A DNA stretch of 64,000 nucleotides from assembly GCF_036365525.1 (NCBI RefSeq), contig NC_090399.1, positions 61,350,430-61,414,429 of the forward strand, given 5' to 3'. Position numbers and translations under genes: made by a program. This stretch comes from Heterodontus francisci (lineage: Eukaryota). The notes under the pieces were generated by a model, which ran no database searches, was not told the origin of the DNA, and saw nothing but the letters and a program-made list of their open reading frames with translations. How positions within the stretch are numbered: the stretch's first letter is position 1; each line of letters begins with the position of its first letter. This document shows positions 1-10,804 of this stretch, piece by piece.

Positions 1-3000
1 ACTTGAATACAGTGACACAGAGAGACACAAATAGAGGGTGATTGATAAAGGTGAGACTGAATACAGTGATACAGAGAGACACAAACAGAGAGTGATTGAT
101 AAAGGTGAGACTGAATACAGTGATACAGAGAGACACAAATAGAGGGTGACTGATAAAGGTGAGAGTGAATACAGTGATACAGAGAGACACAAACAGAGAG
201 TGATTGATAAAGGTGAGACTGAATACAGTGATACAGAGAGACACAAATAGAGGAGATTGATAAAGGTGAGACTGAATAGAGTGATACAGAGAGACACAAA
301 CAGAGAGTGATTGATAAAGGTGAGACTGAATAGAGTGATACAGAGAGACACAAACAGAGAGTGATTGATAAAGGTGAGACTGAATAGAGTGATACAGAGA
401 GACACAAACAGAGAGTGATTGATAAAGGTGAGACTGAATAGAGTGATACAGAGAGACACAAACAGAGAGTGATTGATAAAGGTGAGACTGAATACAGTGA
501 TACAGAGAGACACAAACAGAGTGATTGATAAAGGTGAGACTTGAATACAGTGATACAGAGAGACACAAATAGAGGGTGATTGATAAAGGTGAGACTTGAA
601 TACAGTGATACAGAGAGACACAAACAGAGAGTGATTGATAAAGGTGAGACTTGAATACAGTGATACAGAGAGACACAAACAGAGAGTGATTGATAAAGGT
701 GAGACTTGAATACAGTGATACAGAGAGACACAAATAGAGAGTGATTGATAAAGGTGAGACTGAATACAGTGATACAGAGAGACACAAATAGAGGAGATTG
801 ATAAAGGTGAGAATGAATACAGTGATACAGAGAGACACAAACAGAGGGGATTGATAAAGGTGAGACTGAATACAGTGATACAGAGAGACACAAATAGAGG
901 GTGATTGATAAAGGTGAGACTGAATACAGTGATACAGAGAGACACAAACAGAGAGTGATTGATAAAGGTGAGACTGAATACAGTGATACAGAGAGACACA
1001 AATAGAGGGTGATTGATAAAGGTGAGACTGAATACAGTGATACAGAGAGACACAAATAGAGGAGATTGAGAAAGGTGAGAGTGAATACAGTGATACAGAG
1101 AGACACAAATAGAGGAGATTGATAAAGGTGAGAATGAATACAGTGATACAGAGACACACAAACAGAGAGTGATTGATAAAGGTGAGACTGAATAGAGTGA
1201 TACAGAGAGACACAAACAGAGAGTGATTGATAAAGGTGAGACTGAATACAGTGATACAGAGAGACACAAATAGAGGAGATTGATAAAGGTGAGAATGAAT
1301 ACAGTGATACAGAGTGAGACGCACAAACAGAGGGTGATTGATAAAGGTGAGACTGAATACAGTGATACAGTGTGAGACACAAATAGAGGGTGATTGATAA
1401 AGATGAGACTGAATACAGTGATACAGAGAGACACAAACAGAGGAGATTGATAAAGGTGAGACTGAATGCAGTGATACAGAAAGACACAAACAGAGGAGAT
1501 TGATAAAGGTGAGACTGAATACAGTGATACAGTGTGAGACACAAACAGAGAGTGATTGATAAAGGTGAGACTGAATACAGTGATACAGAGAGACACAAAA
1601 AGAGGGTGATTGATAAAGGTGAGACTGAATACAGTGATACAGAGAGACACAAACAGAGAGTGATTGATAAAGGTGAGACTGAATACAGTGATACAGAGAG
1701 ACACAAACAGAGAGTGATTGATAAAGGTGAGAATGAATACAGTGATACAGATTTGGACGCACAAACAGAGGGTGATTGATAAAGGTGAGAATGAATAGAG
1801 TGATACAGAGAGACACAAACAGAGGGGATTGATAAAGGTGAGCCTGAATACAGTGATACAGAGAGACACAAACAGAGGGGATTGATAAAGGTGAGACTGA
1901 ATACAGTGATACAGAGTGAGACACACAAACAGAGGGTGATTGATAAAGGTGAGACAGAATACAGTGATACAGAGTGAGACACAAATAGAGAGTGATTGAT
2001 AAAGGTGAGACTGAATACAGTGATACAGAGAGTCACAAACAGAGGAGATTGATAAAGGTGAGACTGAATACAGTGATACAGAGAGTCACAAACAGAGGAG
2101 ATTGATAAAGGTGAGACTGAATACAGTGATACAGAGAGACACAAACAGAGAGTGATTGATAAAGGTGAGAATGAATACAGTGATACAGATTTGGACGCAC
2201 AAACAGAGGGTGATTGATAAAGGTGAGAATGAATAGAGTGATACAGAGAGACACAAACAGAGGGGATTGATAAAGGTGAGCCTGAATACAGTGATACAGA
2301 GAGACACAAACAGAGGGGATTGATAAAGGTGAGACTGAATACAGTGATACAGAGTGAGACACACAAACAGAGGGTGATTGATAAAGGTGAGACAGAATAC
2401 AGTGATACAGAGTGAGACACAAATAGAGAGTGATTGATAAAGGTGAGACTGAATACAGTGATACAGAGAGTCACAAACAGAGGAGATTGATAAAGGTGAG
2501 ACTGAATACAGTGATACAGAGAGTCACAAACAGAGGAGATTGATAAAGGTGAGACTGAATACAGTGATACAGAGAGTCACAAACAGAGAGTGATTGATAA
2601 ATGTGAGACTGAATACAGTGATACAGAGTGAGACGCACAAACAGAGGGTGATTGATAAAGGTGAGTATGAATACAGTGATACAGAGTGAGACAAACAGAG
2701 GAGATTGATAAAGGTGAGACTGAATACAGTGATACAGAGTGAGACACACAAACAGAGGGTGATTGATAAAGGTGAGACAGAATACAGTGATACAGAGTGA
2801 GACGCACAAACAGAGGGTGATTGATAAAGGTGAGAATGAATACAGTGATACAGATTTGGACGCACAAACAGAGGGTGATTGATAAAGGTGAGAATGAATA
2901 GAGTGATACAGAGAGTCACAAACAGAGGAGATTGATAAAGGTGAGACTGAATACAGTGATACAGAGAGACACAAACAGAGAGTGATTGATAAAGGTGAGA

Positions 3001-4420
3001 CTGAATACAGTGATACAGAGAGACACAAACAGAGAGTGATTGATAAAGGTGAGAATGAATACAGTGATACAGATTTGGACGCACAAACAGAGGGTGATTG
3101 ATAAAGGTGAGAATGAATAGAGTGATACAGAGAGACACAAACAGAGGGGATTGATAAAGGTGAGCCTGAATACAGTGATACAGAGAGACACAAACAGAGG
3201 GGATTGATAAAGGTGAGACTGAATACAGTGATACAGAGTGAGACACACAAACAGAGGGTGATTGATAAAGGTGAGACTGAATACAGTGATACAGAGTGAG
3301 ACGCACAAACAGAGGGTGATTGATAAAGGTGAGTATGAATACAGTGATACAGAGTGAGACAAACAGAGGAGATTGATAAAGGTGAGACTGAATACAGTGA
3401 TCCAGAGAGACACAAACAGAGGGTGATTGATAAAGGTAAGACAGAATACAGTGATACAGAGTGAGACACAAATAGAGAGTGATTGATAAAGGTGAGACTG
3501 AATACAGTGATACAGAGAGACACAAACAGAGGAGATTGATAAAGGTGAGCCTGAATACAGTGATACAGAGAGACACAAACAGAGGGGATTGATAAAGGTG
3601 AGACTGAATACAGTGATACAGAGTGAGACGCACAAACAGAGGGTGATTGATAAAGGTGAGTATGAATACAGTGATACAGAGTGAGACAAACAGAGGAGAT
3701 TGATAAAGGTGAGACTGAATACAGTGATACAGAGAGTCACAAACAGAGGAGATTGATAAAGGTGAGACTGAATACAGTGATACAGAGAGTCACAAACAGA
3801 GGGTGATTGATAAAGGTGAGACTGAATACAGTGATACAGAGTGAGACGCACAAACAGAGGGTGATTGATAAAGGTGAGTATGAATACAGTGATACAGAGT
3901 GAGACAAACAGAGGAGATTGATAAAGGTGAGACTGAATACAGTGATCCAGAGAGACACAAACAGAGGGTGATTGATAAAGGTAAGACAGAATACAGTGAT
4001 ACAGAGTGAGACACAAATAGAGAGTGATTGATAAAGGTGAGACTGAATACAGTGATACAGAGAGACACAAACAGAGGAGATTGATAAAGGTGAGCCTGAA
4101 TACAGTGATACAGAGAGACACAAACAGAGGGGATTGATAAAGGTGAGACTGAATACAGTGATACAGAGTGAGACGCACAAACAGAGGGTGATTGATAAAG
4201 GTGAGTATGAATACAGTGATACAGAGTGAGACAAACAGAGGAGATTGATAAAGGTGAGACTGAATACAGTGATCCAGAGAGACACAAACAGAGGGTGATT
4301 GATAAAGGTGAGACTGAATACAGTGATACAGTGTGAGACACACAAACAGAGGGTGATTGATAAAGGTGAGACAGAATACAGTGATACAGAGTGAGACACA
4401 AATAGAGGAGGTTGATAAAT
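1..4420. repeat. Minisatellite, ~54-bp unit (53-58 bp variants), about 80 copies, runs off the window start
   Basis: Unit GATTGATAAAGGTGAGACTGAATACAGTGATACAGAGAGACACAAACAGAGAGT repeated head to tail; it produces the 18-aa periodic ORF at 1534-1779. Confidence 0.98.
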
Positions 4421-4667
4421 GTGTATATATTGTAAAGTGCAGGGACATGGAATGGGATGGGTTTATTCCAGGTGACCTTGTACAGGGTAGGAAAGGAATC
4501 TGTGCTGTTTTGTGTAGAACAAATTGAGAATGAACAGGATCAGTAAAAGGAAATGATTCCACATGAACCCAGAGTGGGACAGGCAGACACAGCCCGAATC
4601 TCACTGTATAAAACACAAGGACAAACACGCACAACAGAGGGACAGACAGACACAACACAAATCTCAC

Positions 4668-4763
4668 TGTATAAAGTAGTGGTCCTCAGACTGGGGCTCA
4701 CTGGACCGCAGGATGTCTCTATTGCCTTTCCAGAGGGTTTGCTGCATAATCTCTGGCGTGGGA
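4668..4763 (-). other. Candidate 96-bp exon of an unidentified gene
   Basis: Strong acceptor (ctcccccttctgttttttctctctcag|) and a possible donor (ACA|gtgaga). The length is a multiple of 3 and two frames are open (PTPEIMQQTLWKGNRDILRSSEPQSEDHYFI or PRQRLCSKPSGKAIETSCGPVSPSLRTTTLY). No homology recognised. Confidence 0.3.
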
Positions 4764-4966
4764 CTGAGAGAGAAAAAACAGAAGGGGGAGAAAGGGAATG
4801 AACAATAAAAAGGCAAGCCGCCAGCTTTTTATGAATTAACAGTGATTTGTGTTAGAACCTCACATTTACTTTCAATGGGAGTGAAGGTGGGAGGCCAGCT
4901 TCTGCTGTGATTCTCGGGTGCATTTTATTTTGACTCGTGCAGTTAGCAAGTGTCATTATAATGCTA

Positions 4967-5150
4967 AAATAAAAGCAAAATACTGCAGATGCTGAAAATC
5001 TGAAATGAAAACAAAAATTGCTGGAAATTCTCAGCAGGTCTGGCAGCATCTGTGGAGAGAGAAGCAGAGTTAATGTTTCAGGTCAGTGACCTTTCATCAG
5101 AACACATAATGCTACCTGCCTGCTGAGCATTTCCACCATTTTATCTTGAT
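4967..5150 (-). mobile_element. Short Penelope-like (pseudo-LTR-derived) repeat with hammerhead core
   Basis: Same family as 10347-10441, 37985-38090 and 40051-40272. The minus strand reads CTGATGA-A-AGGTC-act-GACCT-GAAA (5100-5076). ATAATGCTA occurs on both sides (4958-4966, 5107-5115). Confidence 0.65.
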
Positions 5151-5560
5151 ATTAATCTCTTGTTGGTTTAATTCTTATAATCATGGAAATTCTGTCAGTT
5201 GGCCGAACTAAAATCTTCCACCATATATATAAATCCCTTGCATTGTTAAATAACACTGAAACTTGGCTGGATTTGAACTGTTCTGTAAAATAATCCCAAG
5301 AATGTCACTTTCCAGTGAGTACTAGGTAATAGAATTAGAGGGAAAGGAACTCATCTGTTTAAAGGATGTTTAAAAAAAAAATATAACCTGCTTTGAGTCT
5401 GTTAAACGTCTGAAATGGTGTGACTGCTGTTAATACTGATTTAGCCAACAGCTGTTTGTATTGGATATGAACTGATTGCGTGTGTAGACCATTAAGAAAC
5501 AATATTTAATGACATTAAAAGCAGTTCAGTTGGCATCATTAGAATGTTAGCAGATCCGCA

Positions 5561-6980
5561 CAGAATCACAGAATCGTTACAGCACAGAAGGAGGCCATTC
5601 GGCCCATCATGTCTGCACCAGCTCTCGGAGTGAGTAATTCGCTTAGTGCAGTTCCCACCCCCACCCCCGCCTTCTCTCCATAACCCTGTGCATTCTTCAT
5701 TTTCAGGTAACTGACTAATTCCCTATTGAATGGCTTGTTTGAACCTGCCTCCACCACGCTATCAGGCAGTGCATTCCAGATCCCAACCACTCGCTGTGTG
5801 GAAAGGTTTTTCCTCATGTCACCATTGCTTCCTATGTCAATTATCTTAAATCTGTGCCCTCCCGTTCTCGATCCTTTCATGAATTTCTCCTTCTCTATTC
5901 TGTCCAGATCCCTCATGATTTTGAATACCTCTATCAAAACTCCTCTCAGCTTTCTCTTCTCCAAAGAAAACAGTCCAAATTTCTCCAGTCTATCCTCGTA
6001 AATGAAGTTTCTTATCCTTGGAACCATTCTTGTGAATCTTTTCCGGATTCTTTCCAATCCCTTCAAGTCTTTCCTTAAATGTGGCACCCAGAACTGGATA
6101 CAATACTCCAGCTGAGGCCAAACTAGTGTCTTATAGAAGTTCAACATAACCTCCTTGCTCTTGTATTCTATGCACCTATTAATAAAACCTAGGATACTGC
6201 ATACATTATTGACCGCACTCTCAACCTATCCTGCCATCTTCAATGACTTATGCACATATACTCACAGGTCCCTCTGTTCCTGCACCACCCTTTAGAATTG
6301 TACCCTTTATTTTATATTGTCTCCATGTTCTTCCTACCAAAATGAATCATTTCATATTTCTCTGCATTGAACTTCTTCTGCCACTTGTCCACCCATTCCA
6401 CCAGCTTGTCTATGTGCTTTTGAAGTTCTACACTATCCCCCTCATAGTTCACAATGTTTCCAAGTTTCGTATCATCCGCAAATTTTGAAATTGTGCCCTG
6501 TACACCAAGGTCAAAGTCATTAATATAGATTAGGAAGAGCAAAGGCCCTAACACTGACCCCTGGGGAACTCCACTACAAACCTTCCTCCAGCCCGTAAAA
6601 CATCCATTAATCACTACTCTCTGTTTCCTGTCACTCAGCCAATTTCGTATCCATGTTGCTACTGTCCCTTTTATTCCATGAGCTATGACTGAGCTCACAA
6701 GTCGGTTGTGTGGCACTGTATCAAATGTCTTTTGGATGTCCATGTACACCACATCAACAGCATTGCACTCATCAACCATCTCAGTTGCCCCTTCCAAAAC
6801 TCCAGCAAGTTAGTTAAACATGATTTTCCCGAGACAGATCCATGCTGGCTTTTCTTAATTAACCCGCATCTGTCCATGTGACTATTAATTTTGTCCTGAA
6901 TTATTGTTTCTAGAAGTTTCCCCACCACCAATGTTAAACTGATTGGCCTGTAGTTGCTGGGCTTATCTTTACATCCTTTA
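5561..6980 (-). mobile_element. CR1 LINE, 5'-truncated RT and 3' end, frameshifted
   Basis: ORFs contain SQHG..GKSCLTNLLEF, DVVYMDIQKTFDTVPH, GVPQGSVLGPLLFLIYIND, FADD, LYKTLVWPQLEYC and LFSLEKRKLRG. CR1-type 3' hairpin and gattctgt tail at 5561-5610. Confidence 0.95.
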
Positions 6981-7016
6981 ACTTTGTTTTATCTAGTTAT
7001 CTCATTACTGTCTATG

Positions 7017-7227
7017 TGTTAATTGCATATGAATTGTGTTTAATTATATGCAGGTGGAGGGCATTAATTAGGATTTCACTTGAGCACATGTAAAGAGACA
7101 CTTACTGAAACTGTGGTTGAGTTAGGAGCTGTGTCCATGTAATGTTTGACTCTGTAAATAAATGTGAGATTGACTAAAGATTGGCTCCAGTGCTTTCCTT
7201 CACCAACTGGCTTCCTGGAATATAATA
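7017..7227 (+). repeat. 5' LTR of the copia element
   Basis: Begins TGTTAATTG, aligns with 16739-16942, and is immediately followed by the PBS. Confidence 0.88.
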
Positions 7228-7245
7228 TGGTAGCAGAGGATAGTT
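7228..7245 (+). promoter_or_regulatory. Primer-binding site complementary to initiator tRNA-Met
   Basis: TGGTAGCAGAGGATAGTT matches 17/18 positions of the complement of the vertebrate tRNA-iMet 3' end (TGGTAGCAGAGGATGGTT). Confidence 0.92.
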
Positions 7246-8024
7246 GCCTAAAGGTGAAGGTAGAAAAGCAAGAAAAAAAATGAGACAGAAGACTACAATC
7301 CTAATAGCCATTGTGAGAAATTACAGAAAGTGAGTGTAAATTATCTGGGTTTGATTACCCTCCAATGTTCTCAGAGTGAGCCATATAACCAGTGGAAGCA
7401 TGAAGTGGATTGGTGGACATGGGTTATGCCCCTACCAAACAGGAAACAAGGTATGGCCTTGGCATTGTCAATTCTTACAAGAAGTAAAATCAGAAGAAAA
7501 GTATTTTGTGAGCAAAGTGCTCATCAGTTGAATACTGATGAAGGTTTGGATCTTCCATTAGAGTTCTTGGATGAAATCTACAAGAAATATCATCTATTAA
7601 ATACCTATGAGGCATGGTCAGAATTTGATAGATTTCAGAAGACAGATAGTTAGTCAATGGAAGAATATACCATGGATTCTAACAGACTGCATAAAGATTG
7701 AGGAAATTCAATTTAGAGATCCCTGGTTCAGTGCTAGCATTTAAATTGCTGGATTATACTAAGGTTGCATATGGATAGGCTCCTGGTTCTAAATGGTTTT
7801 TGGTTCTCAGAGAGAATCCTGTTGGATTAGATGTCTGCTGCCTTGAAAAAAATCCAGAGGAAACAGTCATTTGCTGCAGTCTTTGTCGAACAGATGGAAT
7901 ATTTTGCAGTGACACAAAGAATAGAAAACTCAATGATTCCCAGATTTGAAATGGTCCAGATATTGGATGCAGGCATACAAAGGAAGAATTACAGACAGGT
8001 GGAATGAGCATGAAAGCTACTTAC

Positions 8025-8181
8025 ATTCAATTAATGAATAAAAAATCTGGAATTGAGAGCTAGTCTCAGTAATGGTGCTATGAAACTATCATTGATTATT
8101 GCAAAAACCCATCTGGTTCACATATGTCCTCTACAGAATGAAATCTGTCATCCTTACCTGGTCTGGCCTACATGTGACCCA
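8025..8181 (+). mobile_element. SacSINE1/Deu-SINE-like body fragment inserted in copia gag
   Basis: aaaaacccatctggttcac and tccttacctggtctggcctacatgtgac are homologous to the reverse complement of 20560-20690. Confidence 0.7.
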
Positions 8182-8342
8182 CATGAGATTTGGCTACTAC
8201 AGCAGAAGACAGAATTGGAATAGCAATAATAGGTGAATCCCAGGAATGCCAAGGAACAGTTAATAAGTGTTTCAGGTGTGACTCAAAGTGTTGTTATGTG
8301 ATGAACTGCCCACAGCAAAGAGGCAGGGTCCTCGAAAAGGCA

Positions 8343-8472
8343 TTTTTTTTTTTTATTCATTCATGGGATGTGGGCATCACTGGCAAGGCCAGCATTTGTT
8401 GCCAGTCCCTAATTGCCCTTGAACTGAATGGCTTTCGAGGCCATTTCAGAGGGCATTTTAAGAGTCAATCAC
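8343..8472 (-). mobile_element. SacSINE1/Deu-SINE-like 3' part with poly(A)
   Basis: The minus strand reads gactcttaaaatgccctctgaaatggcc...cattcagtt|caagggcaattaggg...cccacatcccatgaatgaataaaaaaaa. The tail is shared with the LINE end at 13475-13550. Confidence 0.8.
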
Positions 8473-9305
8473 ATTCCTGTGCGGCACATGTAGGCTCTGC
8501 CTCTCAAGGATTGGCCTTCACAGCCATCAGCAAAGGTGCACCAAAAGAAGACACTCCACCTAAATAGATTGTTTGCTCCGTGTCCATCATGTTTGATCGA
8601 TGGAGTTTCCGGCTGGAGTAAGCCACTTTATCAGTCCTGATACAATCTCCAGTGACATACCTCTGCTGCTGAATAAAGCACAAATGAAACTTGACATGGA
8701 ACATAACAAGGCAGTGGATCTGGAGTTTACCCAATCAGGACATTATTGTATCCCCCTAACACAACCTAATGTTTCACATCAGAGTATAAGACAAGAATTA
8801 ATGGCATCAGGTGATAAGAATCAGAGAGGAAAACAAACAAATTGTCTTAAAGTTACATAGACAATTTACACACTCTACTTGTCAATGGTTAAAAATCCTG
8901 TTAAAAGATGCTGGTGTGGTTGATGAAGGTTCTATGAGGTTAATAGAAGAGATTAGTGAGAATTGTGAAATCTGTAAAAAGTATCGAAGGACACTGCCGC
9001 GGCCTATTGCCAGCCTTCCATTGACAAGTGACTTTAACAAGGGAGTTGTCCTGGATCTAAAGGTGTGGGACAAAGACAGAAATATTTTTATTCTGCATTT
9101 TATTGACCAGACAATTTGATTCCGTCTTTTAATAATAATTCATAGCAAGGACAAAAGGGTGATTATAGATACAATCATGGAGAAATGGATAGGGACTGGA
9201 CTTGGGGCACTGACTGATAATGGAGGGGAATTTGCCAATGATGAGTTCAGACACATGTGTGAAAAGATAAACATTATGGTCATGAATTCGACTGCCGAAA
9301 GTCCT

Positions 9306-9619
9306 AGTCTAGAACTAGGGGTCACTGTTTTAAAATAAGGGGTCACCCATTTAAGACAAAGATGAGAATTTTTTTTTCTCTCAGAGGGTTGTGAGTCTTT
9401 GGAATTCTCCTCCTCAAAAAGCGATGGAAGCAGAGTCTTTTAATATTTTTAAGGCAGAGGTAGATTGATTCTTGATAAGCAAGGGGTGAAAGGTTATTGG
9501 GGGAAGGTGGGAATGTGGAGTTGAGCTTACAATCAGATCAGCCATGATCTTATTGAATGGCGGAGTAGGCTCAAGGAGCCAGGTGGCCTACTCCTGCTCC
9601 TAATTTGTATGTTCGTATA
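9306..9619 (+). mobile_element. CR1 3' fragment inserted in the copia integrase
   Basis: CR1 3' sequence splits integrase AESP|FSNGLCERNH; TCCT on both sides. Confidence 0.85.
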
Positions 9620-10346
9620 TCCTTTCAGCAATGGACTCTGTGAAAGGAATCACACGGCAATCAATGAAATGCTGCTTAAAATCCAGATGATCAAGCAAAC
9701 TGCAAGTTGGCAACTGCTCTGGCATGGGCAGTTCATGCAAAGAATCCGTGTCAGATGGTTGGGGGATATAGTCCCTCTCAATTGGTCTATGGGCGAAATC
9801 TAAAATTGCTTTCTGTGCTGTGTGATAGTCCTCCTACACGAGAAGGTACGACAGTTAGTTCCATTTTTGCTGCACACTTGACTTCTTTACATGCAGGGAG
9901 ACGGGCTTTCATCAAGACTGAGTTCTCTGAGAAAATTTGAAGAGCTGTGAGGCATCAAATAAGGCCATTTTAAACAGAATTTAATTCAGGATGTTTGGTG
10001 TATTATAAAAGAGAGGGTCATAGGAAATGGAAATGCCCTGGTAATGTAATAGATCGTGATGGGAAGACACTACTTATCAAACATTTCAATCAAACTGTTA
10101 AGCTTCATTCTTCATGATTAGTCAGAGTTGATTACAAAATCTCAGAATCTGAGCAGCTGATAGAAGGAAACAAGGCACCTTGTACCTCAAATGCTCATGT
10201 GTTTTGTGAGAAGGTCCTGAGGAACAAAATACAGTGATCAAGGGCGGATACTGGTAACATGAGTGATCATGAAACACAGGACAGAGCTATTACATCCAAA
10301 GACCAATTGTCCACAGTGGGTCCATGAGTGATGTATATTCCAGAGG

Positions 10347-10441
10347 TTCTGAAGAAAGGTCACTGACCTGAAACGTTAACTCTACTTCTCTCTCCACAGA
10401 TGCTGCCAGACCTGCTGAGTATTTCCAGTGTTTCTCGTGTT
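10347..10441 (+). mobile_element. Short Penelope-like insertion with intact minimal hammerhead core
   Basis: GGTT-CTGAAGA-A-AGGTC-act-GACCT-GAAA-CGTT-AACT at 10345-10381. Flanked by a 13-bp direct repeat TATATTCCAGAGG (10334-10346, 10442-10454). Confidence 0.75.
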
Positions 10442-10804
10442 TATATTCCAGAGGAGTCTGGAAAATGAAGGGATGTGACAATTGGGGGGCATGCAGGAAA
10501 AGCTACGGCCAAGTTTAAATATTGGTTGAATGTTCAGGATGGTGGTCAAGAAGTGAGGTCCATGGACTGGCAGAATTGGGTGAATGAATGGAGAGTAAGA
10601 AAGCGCAGTGCAAGTTCTAAATGGGTTCAAAGGTGACTCTAGTCAGAAAACAGTCATATACCAGAGAAGGAGCATGCAATAGTGTGAGATAGAGATCTCA
10701 CAGCAATAGTCCCAAAAACATCAACGTGCAAGTACAAGCTATATCTTGAATAGATTACACAATGAAATGAGGGCTATAGAACAGTCTTGAGCAGAACCAG
10801 AAGC

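Noticed and set aside
1534-4667. Long ORFs up to 583 aa (Cys/Leu/Ser-rich)
   Set aside because: They are open in all three minus-strand frames because the 54-bp repeat lacks stops on that strand; translation artefact.
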